The notes below the pieces were generated by a model. The model worked only from the letters and a program-made list of their open reading frames with translations, was not told the origin of the DNA and made no database searches. Positions 54,240 to 64,000 of a DNA stretch of 64,000 nucleotides are shown here, in pieces. Source of the stretch: Octopus sinensis (Eukaryota); assembly GCF_006345805.1 (NCBI RefSeq), contig NC_043003.1, forward strand, positions 115,196,001 through 115,260,000. The letters run 5' to 3'. Both the position numbers and the translations under genes were made by a program. Position 1 is the first letter of the stretch, and every line of letters begins with the position of its first letter.

Positions 54240-56400
54240 AGATATTTTTGGCATTTACCAACCGCACTGGGGAAAATGCCTTTGAGTGTGTGGTGCAGAC
54301 TTTTGGAGATGTGTATTATTTTGATGTGTGGTCTGGTGGTGTTTTTGTGTATGGGTGGTTGTTGTTTTTATCTCATCTTCTGTTATGGTTTGTTTTTGAT
54401 TGGATGTATTCCATCAAATTTGTTTTTTGGTGCTATGGCTGTGAGCATGTTTGCCTGTAATATGTTTTTGTGGTGTGGTGTGGCTGTTGTTTGCGTTGGG
54501 TTTTGAAATGTCTTCGGGAGATGTATTTCCCCCTGCTTTGTTCGTGTTTGCATTTGGTTTGTTGTGTTTCTGCTCTTTATTTTCCTTCTTTTTGTAGCTA
54601 TTTGCCATTCCTCACTGGTTTCGTCTCCGACGAAATTTTTGAGAGAATCAGAAGGGGGTAGGGGTATGTTGTGGGCTTCTATGTATGTCTGTGTAAGTGG
54701 TTGTGTTGTTGTTTTCGTTGTTGTTGGTTGTTGAGTGTTTGTGTGTGTTGAGTGCGGTATAAGGGATGGGGGATCATTTGTGTGTGTTTTTTCTTTGTTT
54801 TTTTCTGTTCCTTTGAGTTTTGCTGTTTGATGGTAGTGTTGGTATTTTTCCAGGTGTCGAGTGGTTTTTGGTTGATGACGGATTAGCTTGGTGTGCTTCT
54901 CTTGTCGTCTTCTGTGTTGATGGTGGTGTGGGTAGTAGAGCTTTTTTTCCCGGAGTGCTTTGGTTGTGGTAGTGGTTGTTGTTGTTGCTCTTGGTGTGCA
55001 GTGGTTGGGCACGTCTTTTTCAAGTGTGTTTTCGCTTCCACACAAATAGCACGCGTGGTCGCCTGCCCTCTACCACTATATAGAGTTTGTAGCCTCCTGG
55101 CAGTTCTATAGCGGTGGGTATCTTCTCTCTTGCTGCTTCATCCAATTGAAGCAGGAATTCGATTGATTTGCCCACATAGTCTTTCTCTCCTAGAAACCGC
55201 GATTTCCCAGATGCTTGTCTCTGACATTGTCTCTGACATTTCAAAGCAGATGGCAGAGACCACCCATGGTGTTTCGACATCAAATGGTATGTTTTTTATT
55301 TGGACTTTCGTGACCCTTTTGTTTAATAGACTGGTATCATTACCAAGTCGTCCGAATGTAGCTCCAATGTGGAAAACGTTTTGCTAAACTTTCGTTGAGG
55401 AAACGTACTTGGACTGTACCAAATTTGTTTCCCCAACTGATATATTCCTTGGAGTCCCATACAGGACGAAGGCATTTATCGATTTTTTCCTGCGGTGCAT
55501 TTTCTGTTCTTCTTGTTTTTTTTTGTTTATTACTTTATAAATTATTGTTTTTTTTTGCGTGTTTTCCACGATGTGTTGTGGAATATGAAGGTGCAATTTG
55601 TCTCCTCTTTGGAGAAAGTGCCTTTGTGCGGTTATCTCTTGTGTGGTGAATGTTACAATTGTTCTTTTTTGTTTTGTTACGTCCGCAAAATTCGTTTTGA
55701 ATTTGGCAGTAGAAGTGTTAATTGTGGCAGTGTTTAATTGAAGTCATGGTAGTGGTGTTGGTGTTTGGCGGTATTAGCAGCAGAAGGCTTGGATGTAGCA
55801 TTTGACGTCGTAGTAGTGGTGTTGGTGTTGGCGGTGTTGTCTTTGGTAGGCGGCTTTGTGCCAATTTCGTTGTTGTTGTTGTTGGTGGTGATGGTGGTGC
55901 TGGCATTCATGTTTTCGTTTGTATTCATTTTTGAAATCCCTTTCTCTGTCCCTTTATCATCAACAAGTGGTGTGGGGAGTGAGGGAAATCTAAGTTAATG
56001 TCTTTGGTCGCGGCGATGGTGAATGCGACGTTTAGATTTGTTTGTTGTTGTTTGTGTGTGGTGGTGTGATGGTGGTGACAGCGGTGTTCACGCTGCGATG
56101 TTTAGCAGCTAGTTGTAGCAATAGTGTTTTGCTACCGTTCTGCATGACTGGCGGGCTAGCCACGTGGTTTCTAGTTGCCATTTTCAAAATGAAAAATGGC
56201 TAAAAAACCCACGAAAGTTTAAAGTTTTTTTGTAATTTCGCCCATACAGGGGTGGAATTCTACGTGAATAATTCCTCAGGTTTTTTTAGTGAATGAATTT
56301 GCACAACGATTAAAACAAAATATTTGACAACAAGGAGTTTTAAACATGTAAAAGTGGCCAACTTACTTGGAGCCGATATGACTAGCGTCCGTCCATTGTG
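54240..56400 (-). mobile_element. L1/Tx1-like LINE 5' UTR and ORF1 (gag-like), frame-shifted, cut by the gap
   Basis: A/C-rich minus strand; ORF1 from ATG near 56181; YIVVEGRRP followed across a frameshift by C..CGSE (zinc-knuckle-like); starts directly after the (GATA)n array. Confidence 0.65.
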
Positions 56401-56682
56401 ATAGAGAGAGAGAGATAGATACGTATGTTGGTAGGTAGATAAATAAATAGATAGATATATAGATAGACAGATATATAGATACATACATATATACATAGAT
56501 AGAAGGATATAGATAGATAGATAAATAGAAAGATAGATAGATAGGTAGGTAGATAAATAAATAGATAGATAGGTAACTAGATAGATACGTAGATAAAAAG
56601 ATAGATAGATAGGTAGGTAGGTAGGTAGGTAGATAAGTAAATAGATAGATAGATAAATAGATAGATAGATAGATAGATAGAT

Positions 56683-56719
<37 letters not shown>

Positions 56720-56801
56720 CATGGATAGATAGGTAGGTAGGTAGGTAGGTAGGTAGGTAGGTAGATAAATAAATATATATATATAATAATAGATAGATAG
56801 A

Positions 56802-56856
<55 letters not shown>

Positions 56857-56858
56857 TA

Positions 56859-57298
56859 GTTTTATTTATTAGCCACACAGGGCTGCACCCAGATAGAACA
56901 AATTACAAGGTAGAGCTTTTCTTTTGAAAGGTTCAAAAAAAAAAAAAGGAAAGGGGGAAGTTTCGATCAAAAGGGATCGTAAAAGGAGAGAAAGAGGACA
57001 AAAAAGGGGGGTTAAAAAGGGGGAGAGGAAAAAAAAAAAAAAAATTGATCAATAGGGATCGTTATCACAGAATGTCAATATGAAGTAAAGGGGAGACAGG
57101 TTGAGGTTTACCCGTGGAAAGAAAAGCCCACGGAAAAGACCACGGTAACCCTGGTCAATGAAGTCACATTTTATATCTTTTTTTTTTTTTTTTTTTTTGC
57201 AAATAACAAATCTCTGTTTTCAATTTCTGGGTTCATAGGATTATGCTCAAGGTGGTTTCGTCATTCATACTTGCCATTCTTGCTACATTCACCCATCT

Positions 57299-57299
<1 letters not shown>
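56859..57299 (-). mobile_element. LINE 3' end (ORF2 C-terminus and 3' UTR) in (GATA)n
   Basis: RWVNVARMASMNDETTLSIIL-stop, T-rich UTR, CCCTGTGTGGCTAATAAA running straight into (TATC)n. Confidence 0.75.
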
Positions 57300-57370
<71 letters not shown>

Positions 57371-57417
57371 AATATAGATATATAGATATATAGATAGTTA
57401 GATAGATAGATAGATAA

Positions 57418-57649
<232 letters not shown>

Positions 57650-58235
57650 TGATGATATATATATAGAGGACATAAATAACTGTGGTTAGACAACATATAA
57701 CTACGTATTAAAGAGTTGTGCTGAAAGAAATGCGGGCAGGTAATTAAAAAAATAAATGAATGGATAATGAGCGTGGTGGATGTGTGATTACCTAATCACA
57801 TAAACAACAACAATTCCAAGGAAATAAAAAAAAATGGCGCAGGAAAAAGCGATTCGTATGTAACGCAGTGCTTGATAACCAGTGAAAACTCAGTCAATAA
57901 ATGTTGTCACTATATTTATTCATTCTTTGCTACTGAGATTTTCTCTCCGACTGCGATCCTTCAGGCGAAAACTATGTTCAATATTTTGTTGTCACCAGAA
58001 ACACCATACTTAGTGAGAATCTCTCTATAACATCAGCGGGGAGCAGCAGATTCGATACACACACAAACACGCGCACGCACACATGCACACACACACACAC
58101 ATAACCCATACACACAAACACACACATATACATATACATGAGTGAGTGTATGCATATATATGTATGTATATATGTATATACTCTCTATTTCATATCTTGT
58201 CTAGAATAACTATTTCTTAACCATTTTCTCACACC

Positions 58236-58282
58236 GTCTCCCATGAAGGGATTAAAAAAATCCCGGAAACAGCTGTAAGAAC
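58236..58282 (+). ncRNA. Degenerate minimal type-I hammerhead ribozyme-like motif
   Basis: GUCU-CCCAUGA-A-GGGAUU(A5)AAUCCC-G-GAAA-CAGCUG-UA-AGA(A)C; core has 2 mismatches to CUGAUGA. Confidence 0.5.
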
Positions 58283-58390
58283 TTCTATTTATAAATTTTC
58301 TGAAATTTTATTGGATTTTTTTATCTCATTCTGAAAACAATTTATATGTATATGTGTATCTCTCTCTCTATATGTATGTATATATATATA

Positions 58391-58612
58391 CATGGCCTAG
58401 TGGTTAGGGCAGCGGACTCGCGGTCGCAGGATCGCGGTTTCGATTCTCAGACCGGGCGTTGTGTGTGTTTTATTGAGCGAAAACACCTAAAAGCTCTACG
58501 AGGCTCCGGCAGGGGGTGGTGATCCCTGCTGTACTCTTCACCACAATGGCGGTGCCCCAGCATGGCCACAGCTCAAGAGCTGAAACTGGAAAAACAAAAA
58601 ACAAAAACAAAA
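58391..58612 (+). mobile_element. SINE family R head fused to a CR1-group LINE 3' tail
   Basis: tRNA-Arg-like head, then GGCGGTGCCCCAGCATGGCCACAGCTCAAGAGCTGAAACT, matching LINE end 31852-31890. Confidence 0.88.
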
Positions 58613-58643
<31 letters not shown>

Positions 58644-58646
<3 letters not shown>

Positions 58647-58775
58647 GAAAAATACAAACTGGAACGAGAACGTAAAGACATTTAGTAGACGATACAAAAA
58701 ACACGGACGGGACATTCGAAGCCCTTCAATCTTCTATCAAAGAACCGGATCATCCTAGCAATTTCGGCTGATTAA
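58644..58775. repeat. Short dispersed repeat in TA-rich microsatellite; second copy at 60406-60590
   Basis: GTAGAAAAATACAAACTGG...GACGATACAAAAAACACGGACGG...ATCCTAGCAATTTCGGCT in both copies. Confidence 0.8.
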
Positions 58776-58781
58776 CACGCA

Positions 58782-58848
<67 letters not shown>

Positions 58849-58903
58849 CTATATATATAATATATATATATATATGTATCTGTATATGTGTTTATGTAGA
58901 TAT

Positions 58904-58941
<38 letters not shown>

Positions 58942-59017
58942 TATATATATTTAGAGAGAGAGAGAGAGAGAGACAGGCAGACAGACAGACAGATAGATAT
59001 GTAGCTAGACTACTGGC

Positions 59018-59060
<43 letters not shown>

Positions 59061-59749
59061 CAGACGCACACAGATTTTTAGGTATTAATTATTCGGTTAT
59101 ATATGTATCTATATATATACGTATACATATATATGCAAATTGTATACACATAACTATCTACATATATATATGTGTTTATGTGTGTGTGTACGTGTGTGTG
59201 TGTATGTATATATGCGAATGTGTATATGCGTGTGAGTGTGTGTGCAGATGTCCACACATATATGCATACACGTAGTTGCATCGATATGTATAAGTGTGTG
59301 TGTGAGTGATGCATATCGGTCGGTGGAGTCGGAAGAAAATGTGCAACATGGACTGCAGTAGGAGATAGTTAACACAGAATGCAATAAATCGACGGGGGAG
59401 ATGTATGGAATAATTGATAGATATAGAGATAAAGCGAGAGAGGCGGGGAGAGAGCGCGAATGCCATCGAACTCAAAGAATAAATCGGTTTTTCTAAGAGA
59501 GGAATGAATGAATGAAGGAATGGCTGAGCAAAATATCAAGAATCTTCCGTTCTGAGACTAGGTTTGTATAAGGAGAGGGATTAATATCTCCGTCAAATAT
59601 TTGCAAAAGATATAAGGAAAAATCAGCAAAACAATCGGACAAGTTTCAGTTTGTCTCCGATATTAAGAGAAGTATTTGATCTACATTCTTTTCATAATGT
59701 GTGTGCATGTGCGTGTGTGTCAGCGAGTATGTGCTATACTGAGAGAGAG

Positions 59750-59784
<35 letters not shown>

Positions 59785-60026
59785 AAGAGAATGCAAGAAT
59801 TAGCGGAGAACAAAGTAAAAAAGTAAATATATTTTCTGGGAGGAAAAAAAAAACAACAATCAATTAAAAAAAAAAATTAAATATTAAGTTCGAAAAAGAG
59901 AAAACATACCAAAACATAAATCGAGACAAAATTCAACGTAAAATGGAAACAGCGACAAAGGTAAAAGAGAGAAGAAAATTGGAAGTAAACACACACACAC
60001 ATATATATTTATATAGATGCAAATAC

Positions 60027-60093
<67 letters not shown>

Positions 60094-60120
60094 TTTGTGT
60101 GCATCTCTCTCTCTATATAT

Positions 60121-60320
60121 AGTAAATCCCCCAAAAAGAACAAACACAAAACAAAAAAATAGCAACAACGCGAGGACGTGGTACATGTTAAGTATTAGCA
60201 GACGCTCTGAGAGGGAAAGAAAGATGAAGAAGCAACGCTCTTCTTCAGAAACAGAAGAAGGTCCAATAGAAAGAATGACGGAGGAAGAAAATCGCCAAGG
60301 ATTCACATGTGGCTACATTT
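60121..60320 (-). mobile_element. Relative of the 8873-9078 element with a partly deleted hammerhead-like motif
   Basis: Shares CAACAACGCGAGGA.GTGG, GACGCTC and AAAATCGCCAA; minus strand GTTT-CTGAAGA-A-GAGC-GTT-GCT with the GAAA box missing. Confidence 0.6.
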
Positions 60321-60351
60321 TGAAAATACATCATACATATATATATATATA

Positions 60352-60395
<44 letters not shown>

Positions 60396-60632
60396 GTGTG
60401 TGTGTGTAGAAAAATACAAACTGGGACATGAACGTAAAACATTTAGAAGACGATACAAAAAACACGGACGGACATTTGAAGCCTTCAATCTTCAGTGAAG
60501 AACCGCTCATCCTAGCAATTTCGGCTAATTAATCTTGAGATCGCTCCGATCCGGTCCGCCCCAAGGGAAAACTAAGCTACGAGCATTAGATTTATATATT
60601 ATAATATATATATTATATATATATATATATAG

Positions 60633-60729
60633 CCACTAACAAGGCTTAATTGGATCGAAGCTATGGTAGATGACACTTGCCGAAAGTGTCACTCAGTCGG
60701 ACTGGGGAAGCAAATTTCTTACCACATGG

Positions 60730-60782
<53 letters not shown>

Positions 60783-60895
60783 ATATAATATATATAAGGC
60801 CATGTGGTAAGAATTTGCTTCCCCAGTCCGACTGAGTGACACTTCGGCAAGTGTCATCTACCATAGCTTCGATCCAATTAAAGCCTTGTTAGTGG
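60633..60895. repeat. ~100-bp inverted duplication of a decayed SINE C head around (TA)n
   Basis: 60633-60733 is the reverse complement of 60796-60895 apart from three 1-bp homopolymer indels. Confidence 0.9.
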
Positions 60896-61481
60896 ATTTG
60901 GTGGACGGAAACTCAAAGAGGCTCGTCTCATACGTGTGTGTGTTTGTGTCTATCTGTGTGTGCGTGTGTGTATGTGTATGTGTGTGTGTGTGTGTGTATG
61001 TCAAGATTCAAAAGTTGATATGTATAAGGAAAATAAGACAAGATAGAAAATGCTAAAATAATTTTATCGTGAAGAACATTTTAGCACCGGTTTCTTTCCT
61101 TTCGACTTTTTTCTAGTTAGGATAAAGTATGAAAAACAATTAAATTGTTTAAAAATGAAATGAAATGTTTTTTTAAAAATATTTCCGTCATCTTCAAATA
61201 ATTAGGACGTCTTCCTTTTTTCTGTCCCTAACACTTTTAATTTTGGAAGGCTCGGTAGGGAGTAGCAGATCTTAAGAAATAGTAGGCGTGTAGAGGAATC
61301 TGGGTTCTAGATTTCGATTGTTTAAGCAGCAGCAGCATCCGAGGAAGGAGACACTGAAGAAAAAGAAGGTGAAGATAAAGGAGAAGGAGTAGAAACAGAA
61401 CAGAAAAGAGAAAAAAAAGACAGTAGTAAACTCTTCGTGGAATCTTCTTTAATGGTCAAATGACCCAAATGTAACCTATGT

Positions 61482-61709
61482 TTTTATTACCCACAAGGGG
61501 CTAAACATAGAGGGGACAAACAAGGACATACATAGGCATTAAGTCGATTACATCAACCCCAGTGCGTAACTGGTACTTAATTTATCGACCCCGAAAGGAT
61601 GAAAGGCAAAGTTGGCCTCGGCAGAATTTGAACTCACAACGTAACTGCAGACGAAATATCACTAAGCAGTTCGCCCGGCGTGCTAACGTGTCTGCCAGCT
61701 CGCCGCCTT
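61482..61709 (-). mobile_element. Full SINE family M
   Basis: Matches 36044-36276; flanked by the repeated sequence CCAAATGTAACCT. Confidence 0.9.
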
Positions 61710-62278
61710 TGTAACCAAATGTAACCAAATGTAACCTTTTGTAGTTGTAGCTGTAGCGATTGTAATTGTTCGAAATAAATTCATGGGTCATGACTTTTCT
61801 GAGTATATCGTTTTTTTAATATTTGCGTGGGTTTTATTCTAAGATCTTTGTACGTAGATCGCAGATTAAATTTCGGGAATACAGTAAAATAGTATTAAGC
61901 AAACATATCGACATTTGCGACACTAACAAAGAAGCCAACTTCAGAATTTTTCTCCGCCATTAATACGGGCGCAATGCAACCTATAACAGGCGCATTAGCA
62001 AAGAATCATATTTATTCGTGAAACGTGAACCCCTTTTGAATGCTTCCACTACAGAAGTTACTACAACAAGGATCCTACGCAAATATTAAAAACAAGTAGA
62101 GAAGCGAAAGAAAGGCACTGAAGTCATTTATCGGAAGTTACATGTAGGGATCGAATCAGTTTGGTTCAGACGTCTTGGTACTCTAATTTTCAAGCGCGTC
62201 GCTAGTCTTCGACCATTGGAGTCTGAATGAGTGTTTCATTGAATAGATTCAATTCAATCGACATATATATATATATAT

Positions 62279-62538
62279 TGGTAAAAACGGTAAGGTAACA
62301 AAAGAAAGAAAGAGACCTCAATATTATGTAAATAGAAGAAATTTATCTGTAAAATAATATGTGACAATTATTCAATAGCCAGATAAAACTGAGTTTCGGA
62401 TGCAGGTGGAAATCCACAACACCATCTCTTCGGTTATCTGGCCATCTAACCGAAGAGATGGTGCTGTGGATTTCCACCTCGGCATCCGAAATCAGAGTTT
62501 TATCTTGGCTTGAATAATTGTCAAATATTATTTTACAG

Positions 62539-62540
<2 letters not shown>
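62279..62540. mobile_element. Penelope-terminal-like element in (TA)n forming a ~90-bp-arm hairpin, with a hammerhead-like motif in each arm
   Basis: 62345-62435 is inverted relative to 62446-62540; minus strand 62382-62438 reads GATAA-CCGAAGA-GATG..CATC-C-GAAA-CTCAG-TT-TTATC. Confidence 0.65.
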
Positions 62541-62592
<52 letters not shown>

Positions 62593-62837
62593 GAGAGTGT
62601 GTATGTGCGTTTGTGTGTGTTGTGTATATGTGTTTATGTGTGTGTGTATGTGTGTGTGTGTGAAAAGGGTGAATTATATTTCGTCCTTTATTTTAATAAG
62701 AGGAATGACCACTAAACTGGATTCCTATACGCTAGAAATAGACGTCAAATCACCTAACCCCAAAGTGTGTATATATATATATATATATCTATATATATAT
62801 ATATATATATATACATACACACACATACACACATACA

Positions 62838-63057
62838 CGATGGGGTGCACAAAATGTTCCAGACTTTAAAGAAACCTCAAAAAGCCTGGTTGCAGGCCCG
62901 ACCCTTTGAATTCTTTTATAGCGCTCAGAAAACCTGACGGACCGCTGCAAAATATCTGCAAATCTGAGAGGGGAATATGTTGAATAAAATAATAATTCTC
63001 TGATCCTCCTGTATTTTCTTTTACCCAAAGCCAGGAATTTTTCAGCACGTTCTCTTG
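62838..63057 (+). mobile_element. Mariner-derived MITE-like relic
   Basis: Imperfect TIRs (GGGTGCACAAAATGTTCCAGACTTT / AAAGCCAGGAATTTTTCAGCAC) and C-terminal NLRGEYVE-stop. Confidence 0.7.
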
Positions 63058-63169
63058 TGTATGTGTGTGTGTGTGTGTCTGTGTGTGTGTGTGTGTGTTC
63101 ATTATTTTATTTTGACTGCATAATAATGGAATTTTATTAATCCTCATGAGAGATATTGATATTTTTTCT

Positions 63170-63470
63170 GAAATTTGTCACAAGAGAAGCTATTTCGAGG
63201 GAAGCGGTAAGTCGATTACACCAATGCCAGTGCCAAAATGATTCTTGTTTTATTGACTCCGAAATGATGAAAACCAAAATCGCCCCCGGTGGAATTTGAC
63301 CTCAGAACGTTAAAACAGGCCAAATGCCGCTTAGTATTTTTCTTGCTTGCTAACATTTCTGCCAGCACCCCGTTAATTCCGCCAGCTTGCCAAGGGGCCA
63401 TGCTGTGGCCCCTAAACCGCACCATGAACCTGGGAAGCAAGCTTCGTACGGCACAGCCACGCTTGCGCTT
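63170..63470 (-). mobile_element. Degenerate SINE M copy followed by a SINE C head fragment
   Basis: GTCGATTACA, GGAATTTGACCTCAGAACG, TCTGCCAGC; then ACCATGAACCTGGGAAGCAAGCTTC...CACAGCCACGC. Confidence 0.6.
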
Positions 63471-63675
63471 ATGTACACACTTTTTTCCCTCCGTTTGGTA
63501 AAGGGTTTTGTTTCTCGCCCGGTAAAATGTCAAAAAATCACCCTTCTCATCAAGGACGCTAGGTAGGGCCGCCGGTTTTGTCACCGACAGCTTTAAAATG
63601 TGACAGGTGGAGAGGGTGTACTTGGTTACGCTTTACTTGTGGCACTCGATTCCGACCTGACACAGATACATGCTA

Positions 63676-63679
63676 CATG

Positions 63680-63713
<34 letters not shown>

Positions 63714-64000
63714 TGTATGTATGTATGTATGTATGTATGTATGTATGTATGTATGTATGCATGTATGTATGTATGTATGAATGTATGTATGTGTGTATGC
63801 ATGTATGTATATATGTATGTGTGTATGTATGTATATATCTATGTATGTGTGTGTATGTATGTATGTATGTATGTATGTATGTATGCATGTGTGTATGTAT
63901 CCATGTATGTATGTATGTGTGTATGTATGTATGTATGTATGTGCGTATGTATGTATGAATGTGTGTATGTATGTATGCATGCATGTATGTATGTATGTAT
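63676..64000 (+). repeat. (TATG)n microsatellite
   Basis: Direct reading. Confidence 0.97.

Noticed and set aside
60470-60497. Hammerhead in the 58644/60406 repeat (minus strand CTGAAGA-TT-GAAG-G-CTTC)
   Set aside because: The GAAA box reads GAAT/AAAT and helices I and III cannot be drawn; kept only as a dispersed repeat

Overview
AT-rich, microsatellite-saturated eukaryotic DNA. The SINE families and LINE peptides match what I recall from octopod cephalopod (Octopus-like) genomes; that is recognition, not a database result. No intact host protein-coding gene can be supported, and most ORFs in the track are translations of simple repeats. The window is a patchwork of mobile DNA: (1) four tRNA-derived SINE families in many copies; (2) RLE-encoding R4/Dong-like LINEs, two of them stacked in one (TAA)n tract; (3) CR1-group LINE remnants, one of which shares its 3' end with two SINE families; (4) L1/Tx1-like LINE pieces embedded in a (GATA)n array; (5) Tc1/mariner relics (mariner, DD34E Tc1, DD41D), MITEs and fold-backs; (6) a 41/28-bp minisatellite grown from a SINE head. 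There is one 100-N gap. The most interesting signals are several unrelated short elements in (TA)n tracts that carry minimal type-I hammerhead-ribozyme-like folds (Penelope pseudo-LTR/retrozyme-like), an apparent (GATA)n-targeting Tx1-like retrotransposon, and an unassigned ~800-bp coding-like segment at 7023-7818. All alignments and folds were done by eye, so boundaries are approximate.
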